Shown here in pieces: positions 19,819 through 31,637 of a DNA stretch of 64,000 bases (its first letter is position 1; each line of letters starts with the position of its first letter). This stretch comes from an uncultured Gemmatimonadales bacterium (GTDB lineage: Bacteria > Gemmatimonadota > Gemmatimonadetes > Gemmatimonadales > Gemmatimonadaceae), in NCBI GenBank assembly GCA_963850905.1, contig CAWKMU010000003.1:2464001-2528000 (forward strand), read 5' to 3'. The notes beneath the pieces were generated by a model. It was not told where the DNA came from and searched no databases. It saw only the letters and a list, made by a program, of their open reading frames with translations. Both the position numbers and the translations under genes were made by a program.

Positions 19819-21509
19819 GATCCGGCTCGCCGATGATGCACCTCTTCACAGGCGCGCTTGGTGGCGGCGGGCGGCCGCCGGCGATCGGCGTCTACGCCTT
19901 CGCGTTCGCGTTGGCGGCGATCTCCGCACTCGTGTTCACCTGGTTCGTGCGCGCGCACGCGCGACGGCTGGAGCTGTTCGACCACAGTGACTCACGGAAG
20001 ACGCACGAGCGGGACGTCCCGCGCATCGGCGGTGTCGGCATCGTGCTCGCCGTGGTGTTCACGTCCATCGTCACGCTGATCGGGTTCGGGCGGCCCGAGA
20101 TGACGCCCAATATGCGCGGTCTGCTCGTCGTGTTCGCTGGTGGTATTGCGATCCACCTCGTGGGGCTGTATGACGACATTCGACAGCTCCACGCGAGGTG
20201 GAAGCTCTTCGCGCAGGTGGTCATCGCCGTGGCGGTGTTCGCGGCCGGCGTGCGCATGACGACGCTCTCGCTGCCGTTCGTGGGCGTGGTCAACCTCGGG
20301 ACCTGGGTCGGGCTGGCGTTCACGGTGGCGTGGTTCGTCGGCATCACCAATGCGTTCAATCTGATCGACGGAGTGGACGGCCTTGCGGCGGGTGCCGCGC
20401 TCTTCGCGCTCACGACCATGTTCGTGGTGGCGATCGCGAACGCCCGCTTCGGCGCGTCGCTCGCGACGTTGACGCTGGCCGGCGCGACGCTGGGCTTCCT
20501 CTACTACAATTTCCACCCGGCGACGATCTTCCTCGGCGACTCCGGCAGCCTGTTCCTCGGCTTCATGCTGGCCGGCATCGGCGCGCTGAGCGCGCAGAAG
20601 TCGCCGACGGTCGTCGCGGTGGCGATCCCGGTGGTGTCGCTTGGGCTCCCGGTGCTCGACACGTTGATTGCCGTGACGCGGCGGTTCCTGCGGCGGCAGC
20701 CGATCTTCGCGGCTGATCGCGGCCATATCCATCATCGGTTGCTCGGGCGGGGCTATTCGCCGCGGACAGTCGTGCTGACGCTGTACGCCGTGTGCGCGCT
20801 GCTCGCGCTGGGCGGGATGCTGCTCGTGAACGAGGGCGGGCACGTCGCCCTGGTGCTCGTGACGATCGGCATTGGCGTTGGCTTCCTCGTCCAACGGCTT
20901 CGGATCTACGAGTTCGAGGAGGTGGCGCGACTGCTCCGGCGGGGCGTGCAACAGCGGCATACGATCGAGCGCGGAGTCCGGATGCGCGAAGCGAGCGCTC
21001 GGCTATCGGAGATGGAGGATTTGTCGACCGTCTTCGCATCGCTCGCCGAGGTGTTTGCGGCCGATGGGTGCCCGCGAGTGGAAGTCGGCCTGCGGGTTGC
21101 GTTCCTGGATGGGCGGCGTGGCCGTGCCAGTGATCTCACGGCCGGCCGAGCGGGAGGCGGCGAGGTGACGGTGTGGAGCTGGTCTGCTGTCGACCCGACT
21201 TCGATCAATGCGCGGTGCTGGCAGGTCACGTTGCCGTTGCTCGATGAGGGAGCGGATCGGATCGGCTCGCTCGTGATCTGGCAGAGTCCCGAGACGGTGG
21301 AGTCTCCGCTACCGCATCTCCACGCCATCGCCGGCGAGCTTCGGCGACAGATCGAGGGGCGTTTGCTGTCGCTCTGGCCGGTGGGCGCCGATAAACGAGC
21401 GGAGCACGTCACCGGCGGAGCGCCCGCGCGCGTGGGACGGCGTGTGCCGGTTGGACGCGCACTCGACGGCGTGCCGAGTGGGTCGGGGCCGGCGGTCCCG
21501 GTGGCGTAG
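19815..21509 (+). CDS. wecA: Undecaprenyl-phosphate GlcNAc-1-P transferase (WecA/TagO, MraY family) with C-terminal extension
   Basis: Motifs PRIGG, GLYDD, NAFNLIDGVDGLA, FLGDSGS and DRGHIHHRL. Confidence 0.9.
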   Translation: MRSGSPMMHLFTGALGGGGRPPAIGVYAFAFALAAISALVFTWFVRAHARRLELFDHSDSRKTHERDVPRIGGVGIVLAVVFTSIVTLIGFGRPEMTPNMRGLLVVFAGGIAIHLVGLYDDIRQLHARWKLFAQVVIAVAVFAAGVRMTTLSLPFVGVVNLGTWVGLAFTVAWFVGITNAFNLIDGVDGLAAGAALFALTTMFVVAIANARFGASLATLTLAGATLGFLYYNFHPATIFLGDSGSLFLGFMLAGIGALSAQKSPTVVAVAIPVVSLGLPVLDTLIAVTRRFLRRQPIFAADRGHIHHRLLGRGYSPRTVVLTLYAVCALLALGGMLLVNEGGHVALVLVTIGIGVGFLVQRLRIYEFEEVARLLRRGVQQRHTIERGVRMREASARLSEMEDLSTVFASLAEVFAADGCPRVEVGLRVAFLDGRRGRASDLTAGRAGGGEVTVWSWSAVDPTSINARCWQVTLPLLDEGADRIGSLVIWQSPETVESPLPHLHAIAGELRRQIEGRLLSLWPVGADKRAEHVTGGAPARVGRRVPVGRALDGVPSGSGPAVPVA

Positions 21510-22388
21510 ATGGCGACCGCGGTCGGCGCCGTTCCGGCGAACGCCGAGCGCCAGCCGAGACACGCCGTCCCGCCCGTCCGAGTCTTCGGCGCGCACCGGG
21601 GTTGGCGGTTGCTCGACCTCCGCGAGCTCTGGGAGTTTCGCGAGCTGCTCTATTTCCTCATCTGGCGCGACGTGAAGGTTCGGTACAAGCAGACCGTGCT
21701 CGGTGCCGCCTGGGCGGTGCTGCAGCCCGTGTTGTACATGGTGCTGTTCACCATCGTTTTCGGACGGCTCGCTCACCTGCCATCCGACGGGGTGCCCTAT
21801 CCGGTATTCGTCTTGGCTGGCCTGCTGCCGTGGACGTTCGTCGCCAATGCAGTGACCAGTGCCGGCACGAGTCTCGTCAACAACGCGAATCTCATCACGA
21901 AGGTCTACTTCCCTCGCCTGATCGTGCCGCTCGGCTCCGTCGGCGCGGGACTCGTGGATCTCGGGGTCGGCCTCGTGCTGCTCTTTGGCCTGCTGTGGCA
22001 TTACCATGTCGCCCTCACTCCGGGGATCGTGCTCTTGCCGCTGGTGCTCATCGAAGCGTTGGTCGTCGCAGTCGCATGCGGGGCGATGTTGTCGGCATTG
22101 ACGGTGACCTATCGCGACTTTCGATACGTCGTTCCATTCGCGGTCCAAATGTGGATGTACGCGACGCCGGTGGTGTACCCGGCGACGCTCGTTCCTGACC
22201 GCTGGCGGCCATTGCTCTGGCTGAATCCCATGGCGGGCGTCGTCGGAGGCGTTTCGCTCGCTGGCGCTCGGCCGGGCGGTTGACTGGGCGCTCGTCGCGG
22301 TCAGCGCGTGGCGTGAGCGTTGTCTGGCTGTCGTGGTTGCGGCGCGTATTTCGCGCGCGTCGAGCGGCGGTTCGTCGACGTGGTGTAG
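21510..22388 (+). CDS. wzm: Polysaccharide ABC exporter permease Wzm (indels near 3' end)
   Basis: Motifs RELLYFLIWRDVKVRYKQTVLG, LITKVYFPR, YRDFRY and LNPM. Ends ERRFVDVV* in a shifted frame. Confidence 0.9.
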
Positions 22389-22402
22389 ACGGGATCGCAC
22401 GC

Positions 22403-23727
22403 GTGCGACCACCGGCAGTCCGGTCGACCATCTGACAAAGGACTACGTCCTCGGCGATGGCTCGCGGGGCTATGCCACCTTTCGTGAGGCTCTGACCCGC
22501 GCGGTTACAGCGCCGTTCGCGGCCGCAGTCCCGATTCGGCGCGGCGGACGCATGAGCCGGGCACCGGCGCAGCCGTTTCGGGCGCTCGACGACCTGTCGT
22601 TTCGGTGTCGCCGGGTGAGAGCGTGGCGATCGTCGGCCGAAACGGCGCGGGCAAGAGCACCGTGCTCAAGATGCTGAGCCGGATCACCGAGCCAACGGTC
22701 GGGCAGATCGCCGTTCGCGGACGGGTGGCGAGCCTGCTGGAGGTCGGCACCGGCTTTCACCCCGAGCTGACCGGCCGCGAGAACGTTTACCTCAATGGAT
22801 CGCTGCTCGGCATGCGCCGTCGCGAGATCGATCGCAAGTTCGACGCGATCGTCGACTTCGCGGAAGTCGAGCACGTTTCTCGACACGCCGGTCAAGCGCT
22901 ATTCGTCGGGGATGTACGTTCGCCTGGCCTTTGCGGTGGCGGCTCACGTCGAGCCGGACATCCTGATCGTCGATGAGGTTCTGGCGGTCGGCGATGCCGC
23001 ATTTCAACAGAAATGCCTGGGCAAGATGGAGGAGATCGGGCGGGGCGGCCGGACCGTGCTGTTCGTGAGTCACAACATGGCGGCGGTCACGCGGCTGTGT
23101 CCGCGAGCGCTTGCTGCTTCGTGGCGGGCGCCTCGCGTTCGACGGGACCGCGCTCGAAGGCGCGCGGCTGTACCTGGCGGAAGGGCGGACGGCTGCCGCG
23201 CGCCGGCGAAATCTGGCGGACTGTGCCGGCGCCGCATCGACGGGTGGGGTGAGTCGATGCGGTCTCACCGCGGTCGAGTTCATGCCAGAGCGGGCAGAGG
23301 GGTTCCAAGTTCGGCGAGCCGATGCGATTTCGAATCGAGTTCATCACTCGCGGAGCGAGGCCACGTGGGCGTGGGCATCGGCATCGATGATCTCACCGGT
23401 AACCGGATCGCGACCTGTAACAGCGAAGACTCTGGGTCGCCACGGTGCATGACACGCGGGGGAGCGTTATGCAGTCGAGCTGTGCGTACCCGATCGCTCG
23501 GCTCAAGCCGGGGGCGTACGGCGTGTCGTGCGCCGTGGTAACGGGCGAGCATATCTATGACTTCTGTCGCACCGGCGGCTTCGTTCGATGTCCATCCGAT
23601 CGATGTGCGGGACCGGGCTCCCGGTCGCGATGGGCCGGGAGGGGGCCGATGGCACTTGTCGGCGCCTGGACCGTGGACAATCGCAACGCCCGCCAGGGAG
23701 CCGTGGTGTGCGAGAGGTCGCGCATGA
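22403..23727 (+). CDS. wzt: Polysaccharide ABC exporter ATPase Wzt with C-terminal carbohydrate-binding domain (frameshifted)
   Basis: Motifs [44 protein letters not shown] and VSHN. A Wzt-C-like tail follows. Confidence 0.88.
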
Positions 23728-24884
23728 CGGCCGGCGCCGGGCTGTGGCGTTCGTCGTGCATCACGCCTACTGCGACGCGCTTGGCGTGCTATCGCGAGCC
23801 GATGCGGTACTACGCGAGGCGGGCTGGCACGTGGACCTGTACATCGGTGTGTCGGCACAGCACCCGGCCCCGACTTTCCCCGGGCGAACGTGCGCTTGCT
23901 GCCACCGTCGATGTCACGGGCGGGTGCGCTGCGCCTCGTCGCGGCGCTCGTGCGGCGGCGACCGCGGTATACGCTCATTTCTGCGCCCCGACGTGGGCGC
24001 TCTATTGGGCCACGCGCGCGGCGCCGCTTCAGGCACGCCGGTCGGCGTACATCTCGGACGAGATTGATCGTCGATGCGAGCTTCGACACCTGCCAGCGTC
24101 AATGGAAGGCGCGCGAGCGTGCGGCGCACCGGCGGTGCGCGTTCACGATCGCGCTGTCGGCCGAGCGAGCGGAGTACCTGCGTGCCAGCTGCAACGGATT
24201 CCCGATGCAGACCACCCGATCTTCGTCGTGCCCAACGCGCCCCGGGCCCAGCCCGCGGCTCGCGCAGTCGCTACTACCGCGACCACTTGAGTCTGCCGAT
24301 CGGGCGGCCCCGTCGCGCTGCACGCGGGCGGCATGGGTGGGCGCCGCTTGCGGCGATTTGATCTGCGAGGCCGAGCAGTGGGAGCGAGCGGGCTCCCATG
24401 CTCGTGTGCCAGGGGCGGCTTCGCCTCGCAGATGCGTGACGCTGGTCGCACGCGGGGGCGTCACTACGTCTCGGAGCCACTGCCGAGTGAATTGCTGGAC
24501 TATGCCGTATCGTCTGCCGACGTCGGACTGGCGCTCTACGATTCGGCGAAAGAGAACGACCGCCTCATGGGGACCGCCTCGGGCAAGTTGTGTCTGTACC
24601 TGAAGAACGGCCTCCCGGTTGTACGTCGCGGCTGCCGTGCTTCGCAGTGGGTCGAGCGCGAGGGGTGCGGAGTGCGCGTGCGCACGTCGTGAAGTCCGTC
24701 CGGCGATCGAGGCGTACGCTGCCCGGGACGGTGCGGCTGAATGCCCGACGCGTACTACAACGAGCATCTGGATTTTCGCGAGCGACCTTTCGACCGGTCG
24801 CCGCATTCGTCGAGGAGCTGGCCGGTCGGCGCGACGCGCTTCGCTCGTCCGCGCGCAGGCGGCCCATCGACCGCAAGACCGTGA
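23724..24884 (+). CDS. Glycosyltransferase (GT-B fold, frameshifted)
   Basis: Fragments SADVGLALY..., GTASGKLCLYLKNGLPVV and WVEREGCG. Boundaries approximate. Confidence 0.6.
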
Positions 24885-25891
24885 CCCAATCGACCGCGGC
24901 AGGACGGCCCAGCTGTGCCATTCTCGTGCTCAACTGGAACGGCATCCCCCACCTCCAGCACCTGCTGCCATCGCTTCGCGCGGCGGTTGCGCGAGTCCGG
25001 GTCGGTCGCCCGTCGTCGTGGTCGACAACCGCAGCACGGAGCCGGACGTGGAGTGGGTACGGCACGAGTTCCCCGAGGTGGAGGTGGTCGTCGCAGCGCG
25101 CAACGACTATCTGTTCTCGCTCAACCCGGTCGTCGCGCGCGGCGCGAGGACATCGTCGTCATCCTCAACAACGACATGCGCGTCGACCCGGGCTTCCTGG
25201 CCCCGCTGCTCCGACATTTTGCGCGACCCGAGCGTCTTCGCGGCGACGGCGAACGTGTACGACTGGGATGGCACGCGAAGCACGACGGGCCAGCGCCGTA
25301 TGCAATCCGCCATGGGTGGTTCTATCAATGGTGGGATGCGCACCCTCGAGTAGCCGACGTACACCCTCGATGCGGGCGGCGGATGCGCGGCATTTCGGCG
25401 CGCAGTTCGTCGAGCTCGGCGGATTCGACCCGCTGTACCGTCCGGCGTACTTCGAAGATGTCGATCTCTCGTATCGCGCTTGGATGCGGGGCTGGCGCAC
25501 GGTCTATGAGCCCGAGAGCATCATCTACCATCGGATCGGCGCGACACTTGGACCCCCGAGCGCGGAAGCCCGGATGCAGCGACTGCTGGCGCGCAACCAC
25601 GCATTGTGCACTATGAAGAACGTGGCGGATGGGGCCGCGCTCGTATTCATTGCGGTCTACCAGTGCGGCCGCGCGGATGCACTGGCGCGGCGATCGAGGC
25701 GTGCCGCTGTCGGGGCCTGCTGGCGGCATTGGCCGGTTGCCACTGGCGCTCCTGCGGCGGGCGCAGTCGCCGCGGCCGCTCTGTCGCCGCCGCAGATCGC
25801 GGCGTCGTTGACCGCGCGGTGCCACCGGAACGCACGCTACGGCGCGTGCAGCGCTGGGACGTCTCCCCGGCCGGGCTACCGCCCTGTATGA
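24881..25891 (+). CDS. Glycosyltransferase family 2 (frameshifted)
   Basis: Motifs ILVLNWNG, VVVVDNRS, LNNDM and GGFDPLY.PAYFEDVDLSYRAW..GW. Confidence 0.85.
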   Translation: MTQSTAAGRPSCAILVLNWNGIPHLQHLLPSLRAAVARVRVGRPSSWSTTAARSRTWSGYGTSSPRWRWSSQRATTICSRSTRSSRAARGHRRHPQQRHARRPGLPGPAAPTFCATRASSRRRRTCTTGMAREARRASAVCNPPWVVLSMVGCAPSSSRRTPSMRAADARHFGAQFVELGGFDPLYRPAYFEDVDLSYRAWMRGWRTVYEPESIIYHRIGATLGPPSAEARMQRLLARNHALCTMKNVADGAALVFIAVYQCGRADALARRSRRAAVGACWRHWPVATGAPAAGAVAAAALSPPQIAASLTARCHRNARYGACSAGTSPRPGYRPV

Positions 25892-26890
25892 CAGCTGAAC
25901 TCTCCGCGACATCGCGGATCACACGATTCTCATCACCGGCGGCACGGGCTCGTTCGGCAATCGCGTGGCGACGCATCTGGCCTCGCTGAATCCGCGCCGC
26001 ATCATCATCTACAGCCGCGACGAGAAGAAGCAGTGGGAGATGCAGCAGCGGTTCCCGGACTTCGACTACGTCATCGGTGACGTCCGGGACCCGGAGCGGC
26101 TGCGAGAGGCCATGCGCGGCGTCGATCTCGTGTTTCATGCGGCCGCGCTCAAGCAGGTGCCGTCGTGCGAGGCGTACCCGTACGAGGCGTTCCAGACCAA
26201 CACCGTCGGCTCGCACAACGTGTGCGAGGCGGCGCTGCGGGCCGGGGTGCGGACGGTCGTCGCGCTCAGTACCGACAAGGCGGTCAAGCCGGTCAACGCG
26301 ATGGGCATGTCGAAGGCGATGATGGAGAAGATCGTGTGCTCGAAGAACCAGGCGCCGCTCGACACGCGGTTCTGCTGCGTCCGATACGGCAACGTCATGG
26401 GAAGCCGCGGCTCGGTCATTCCGCTGTTTCGGAAGCAGATCGAGGCCGGCGGCCCGGTCACGCTGACCGTCGGGCAAATGACGCGGTTCCTGATGACGCT
26501 CGACGAATCGGTCGATCTCGTCGTCCACGCCATGACGCACGCAACGGGCGGCGAGATCTTCGTCCGCAAGGCGCCGGCGGCGACGGTGAGCGACCTGGCG
26601 CGGGCGCTGATCGCTCAAGTACGGCGACGGCGTCGAATCCCGGTCCGGACGATTGGCATCCGGCCGGGCGAGAAGGTCGACGAGGTGCTCGTCAACGAGT
26701 ACGAGATTCAGCGTGCGCTCGAGACCGACGACTACTTCACGATCTATCCCGAGTACCGCGTGCCGGCGTAACGACCCGGTATCCGGTCGGGTACGAATAC
26801 ACGTCGGCCAACACGACGCGACTCAGCGACCCGGCGGAGATCGGGGCGCTGCTCGACCGCGTTGGGCTCGTCGAGTACTACATCTCGATG
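25888..26890 (+). CDS. UDP-GlcNAc 4,6-dehydratase/5-epimerase (FnlA/WbjB/CapD family; frameshifted)
   Basis: Motifs ITGGTGSFG, SRDEKKQ, HAAALKQVPSCE, STDKAVKPVNAMGMSKAMMEK and RYGNVMGSRGSVIP. Confidence 0.9.
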
Positions 26891-27724
26891 GCCAGCGCCG
26901 ACCGAGCGTCGCCTCTTCGTCCTCGGCCATCGCGGCATGCTGGGGCACGTCGTTAGCCGCTACGCCGCGGAAGCGGGCTGGGAGGTGGTCACGAGTCCCG
27001 TGCGCTACACGGCCGGCCCGCGCGATCCATTGATCGAGCAGGTGCGCGAGTCGGGAGCTTCCGTGGTCATCAACTGCCTCGGGCTGACGAAGCAGCGGAG
27101 CGACGATCGGGCGGCGCTCTACCTGGCGAACGCGGTGTTCCCCGTGCAACTCGCGATGCGAATGCTGCCAACGCAGTATCTCGTGCACGCCAGCACGGAC
27201 TGCGTGTTCGCGGGGACGCGCGGGGCAACTATCGCATCGATGATGAGTGCGACGCAACGGACACCTACGGTTTCTCGAAGTTGCTCGGCGAAGGCGTGTC
27301 GCGGCTGGCGAACGTCGACGGTCTTGCGTGTCTCGGTCGTCGGGCCCGGATCGGGGCGACGGCCGTGGGCTGCTCGCGTGGTTTCTCCGGCAGCCGGCGG
27401 ACCGACCGATCCCGGGCTACATCAATCATCGGTGGAACGGCATCACGACGCTCGAGTGGGCGACGATGGCGCTTGCCCACGCGGAGGAGCACATCCGCGG
27501 TGGGGTGCGCGCCGAAGCTGAGCCAGCCCGGCACCGAGGGCGTCACGAAGTACGAGCTGCTGTGCGCATTTCGCGACGCCTTTGCGCCGGACCGCGACGT
27601 CGCGCCAGTGGAGGCGGCCGAAGCGGTCGACCGCACGCTCGTCCCGACCGATCGTCGGCCTCCGTTGGCCCAGCAACTCCGACGGCTCGCGGCGTGGTAC
27701 CCGCTTGGCCGGACGGCGCGATGA
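26888..27724 (+). CDS. RmlD-like NAD(P)-dependent sugar reductase (FnlB/WbjC-like; frameshifted)
   Basis: Motifs LGHRGMLG, INCLG, HASTDCVF, YGFSKLLGE, WNGITTLE and TKYELL. Confidence 0.8.
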
Positions 27725-29000
27725 CCGCGGTGTCGTCCGACCGCCGAACCGCGCGATCGCGGCCACGCCCACGGCTGCGCCGCGGCGGCGCGATCGTCAT
27801 CCTCACCGAGGATTCGAAGCCGGCACTGGGCGGGATCGCCGAATACCTCCACCAACTGGCGCTCGCGACATCGGCGACCCACGACGTGCTCATCGTGACG
27901 AGCGTGCCCGGGTGCGAACGCGCTCAATCCGGACTGCCGTTTCAGTATCGCGAGACGCGCTGGTTTCGCGCACAGGAGCGGCAGTTAGGGGGACGGATTC
28001 CCGCCTATCGGCGAATCAACACGCTGGTCTGGCATCCCAGCCGCCCGCGGTCGCGTCCGCGAGCTGCTCGCGGCCATCCACGCGCAGCAGCCTCGACTCA
28101 TCGTACGTGCTCGGTCGGCTGAGTCCCGTGACGTTTCCATGGTGCGCGCGTGCGACGATCTCGGGCTTCCGTACTCGGCGATCGGCGTATGGTCTGGAGC
28201 TCGTCGAACCGCTGCTCGACGCCGTGGCGAAACAACGTACGCGGGTTCTCGTTGGACGCCAAGCACTGGTTTGCAATCAGCTAGGATACGCGCGACAAGC
28301 TAGCGGAGATTGGAGTGCCATTCAGTCGCCAATCGCTGCTGCTGCCCGGCGTTGCGACACCGTCCGATGCTGCTTCACACTTGCCCAGCGGAGGACAGTC
28401 CGGCAGCGGTTGGGCTCGGCGATGGCCCATTCATGTTCTCGCTGTCGTATCTCCGGCGCCGCAAGGGCATCGACCTCGGGATCGAGGCGTTTGCATCAGT
28501 TGCTGACGAGTACCCGGACCTGCGGTACGTCGTTGCGGCGGGAGCGGTCCGGAGCACGCGTCACTCGTCGAGCTGGCTCGAGCTCGCGGCGTGGGCGATC
28601 GCGTGCTGTTCGCCGGCGCGATCGACGACGCGACGAAGGCTGCGCTGTTTGCCGAGTGCGAGTTCTTCATTCTGCCAAATCGCGCGGAGGCAACGACGTC
28701 GAGGGTTTCGGGATCGTCTTCCTGGAAGCGGGTTCGTATGGCAAAGCGGTGATCGGCGGCAACAACGGAGGCGTCCCCGAAGCGGTGGCGGACGGGATGA
28801 CCGGGCTTCTTGTCGACACCGGGAGCGGCCAACGTCGCTGAGGCTGTTGGGCGCTACCTTGCGAATCCTGGCGAACGGCAACCATTGGCAAACGGGGTCG
28901 TGAGCGCGCACGGCGCGAGTTTAAATGGGCGGGTCGCGGGGTGAGTTCCGCGGGCGACTTGGAAGATTGCGGCGCAAGCCCGCGCGAACCCAGTCGCCGC
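27721..29000 (+). CDS. Glycosyltransferase family 4 (frameshifted; end approximate)
   Basis: Motifs KP..GGIAEY, RRKGID and DVEGFGIVFLEA..GK.VIGG..GGVPEAV. Confidence 0.8.
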
Positions 29001-29060
29001 AGCCGCGCTTACTTCAGTTCCGTCGTCAGGCCGGACAAGCGAGCAATCGGTTGGTATCAG

Positions 29061-30175
29061 GTGCGGCCGTCTTCAGACGTACTCGGGGGGGTCGACTTGC
29101 AACGTACGTCGCAGCGCGAAACGCGCGCCGTCAACGAAGAGACTCGTGGCGGCCGACATGTTGGCGTGGCTCGATCGCCCTTCGCGCCGGCGTCAGGCGG
29201 CGCGGCGGCCGGCTACCACGTCGTAGAAGGGTGGGCCGGGTCCTACCCGGAGGTCACGGGGTACTTCGTTCCAACGCTCTTGTATTACGGCGAGCGCTTT
29301 CAGAATCCCGCATTGTGCGAGATCGGCGAGCGGGCGGGTGGTTGGCCGGACACGCGCCTCCCCGGCGGCGCGATCTGTCGCAAGCAATGGTTCGCTGGTA
29401 ATATCTCGCCGAGTGTCTTCAATACGGCGCAGGTTATCGAAGGCTGGTGCGCATTGGCGCCCGGAAGCGCCTCCATCCGTTGCGGTGATTGGCTTCTGCT
29501 TGCGAGTCTGGCGATTGGCTTCTCCGCGAACAGGAGGCCGACGGAAGCTGGGTAAGAAGCGCGTTCAACGGAATTCCACACACTTATTATGCGCGCGTGG
29601 CAGCACCCCTCGCCCGGTTGGCCGTCGTGACCGGCGACGGGCGCTATGCGGGGTCCGCTCGGCGCGGACTTGATTGGGTCGTTGCCCATCAGACGACCAG
29701 CGGCTGGTTCCAGAGGGCCGGCTTTACTTCCACCGAATCGCCAACGACACACACGATTGGCTACGTCATCGAGGGGCTGCTGCAAGGAGCCGTGCTGCTC
29801 GATGAACCGCGGTACGCTGAGGCAGCTGCGCGTGCTGCTGACCGAATGCTCGCTGTGTATCGCGCGACGAACAATCCCTGGACGCTTTGCAGCCGAGTGG
29901 CGTCCTCGCGCCCGCTGGCGTTGCTTGACCGGAGATGCCCAAGTCGCGATTTCGTGGACCTTGCTGCATCGACGACTCGGAGAACGCAGCTACCGGCACG
30001 CGGCTGAACGAATGGCCGAAGATATCCGACTCACCGTACGAGTGGCAAAGGCTGGCCGGAAATCTCAGGCGGAGTGCAGGGCGCGTCGCCGGCATGGGGT
30101 GACTATGACCCGTACGGATATCCGACGCACGCGGTCAAGTTCACACTGGATTTGCTCACGCTCCTCGGGCAATGA
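29061..30175 (+). CDS. (alpha/alpha)-barrel, prenyltransferase/squalene-cyclase-repeat-like protein (frameshifted; start approximate)
   Basis: Fragments SYPEVTGY, FNTAQVIEGW, DWLLREQEADGSW, DWVVAHQTTSGWF, THTIGY and CLTGDAQ. QW-like repeats. Confidence 0.6.
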
Positions 30176-31637
30176 ACACAGGGATGCAGTCGGTCAGTCC
30201 TACTACGGTCCCGCTTCGCGCGATCCTGCTGGCTTTTGAATTTCCCCCTCTTTCGTCGGGCGGAGTGCACCGCGCGCTGGGATTCGCGCAGACGTTGCCT
30301 TCGCTGGGAATTGAGCTCGAATGTCGTGACGGTTCTGGAGGCGGATTACGAGCGATGGACTCGGGCTTTGGTCGACCCCGCGTTGACGGCGCGCGTGCCT
30401 CAAACGGTGCGCGTGCATCGTATTGCGAGCGGTTTTCCCTCGTGGTACTGGGCGCTCACGAGCAACCGCGTGGGGTTTCGGTTGACTCAATACGGATATT
30501 GGGGGGACCCAGTCGCGGCGTTCTGGCGGCGCCCCCTATTCACGCTGCTCGACTGGCTTGTCTCCGAGCGCCGTCCGGACGTGCTCCTCGCGACCGCGCC
30601 GCCCTTTGGAGTCACTGTTCTCGCACGCGAGGCTGCCCGACGGTATCGATTACCGTGGGTTGTGGACTTCAGGGATGCGTGGACGCGTTGGTGTGTCGTG
30701 CCATGCCCGACGATTGTCCATTTCTGGCATTCGCGACGAGCCGAGCGTCGCGCGCTTCGACACGCCAATGTTGCGGTAGCCACGTCACATGTCACGCGGG
30801 GTGATTGGCTCACAGACACGCCGGCACTGGATCCGAATCGGCTTGTCACGATCTACAACGGCTTCGATTGCGAGAGGCCTGTGAGTAGCTCGACCGGCTC
30901 TGCGCGCCGCGAATGAGCGCCGGCCCCAAAGGGCCAATGCGGATGGGTCGAATCGCCACAGCGAACCGCGGCAGATCGTGTACGCGGGAAGCTTCTACTA
31001 CACGCCAGAAGCTCGTGCGGCCGCCTTGACGCCGGTCTGGCGCCGACGCCCAGACCGCTGGCTGCAGTACCGCTTTCGTCGGGAAGACTGGCTGTACCGA
31101 TCTCCCTACTTCTTTCTGCGTGGGCTTGCGCGCTTCCGCCAGCGCCGACCAGAACTTTTCCGCCGGCTGCGTGTCACCTTCGTCGGCCAGATTCCGGAAT
31201 GGCTGCCGCCCATGCTTGCCGCGACCGGAACCACAGGCGCGGTGGCACTCAGTGGTCCGGTGCCGCACGCCGAATCGCTTCGCCTCGTGTCCGAAGCCGC
31301 CGCTGTGCTGCTGACATCGGCCAAAGTCGAAGGTGGCAGGGACTACAGCATCGCGGGGAAGACGTACGAGTACTTCGCTGCTCGGGTTCCGATTATTGCT
31401 GTGCTCACGGATGGCGCGATGCGGGATCTCGTTGAGGAGTCTGGCCTCGGCCTCTTTGCTGATCCTGACGACGCGGACTCCGTGGCAGAAGTTCTGGAGC
31501 GCGTCGCTGCAGCCGAAGATCCGCACCAACTGGTCGTGCCAAATGAACGGTTCATTTGCGGCTTCGCACGGCCGGCGATCGGCGCGGCAATGGCGGCATG
31601 CTTGCGGCGAGCGGCCGCCGAGGGCCCTCGCCCGTGA
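30172..31637 (+). CDS. Glycosyltransferase (GT4-like; frameshifted)
   Basis: Motifs FEFPP..SGGVHR, TAPPF, PWVVDFRDAW, IYNGFD, YAGSFY and GKTYEY. Confidence 0.8.
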
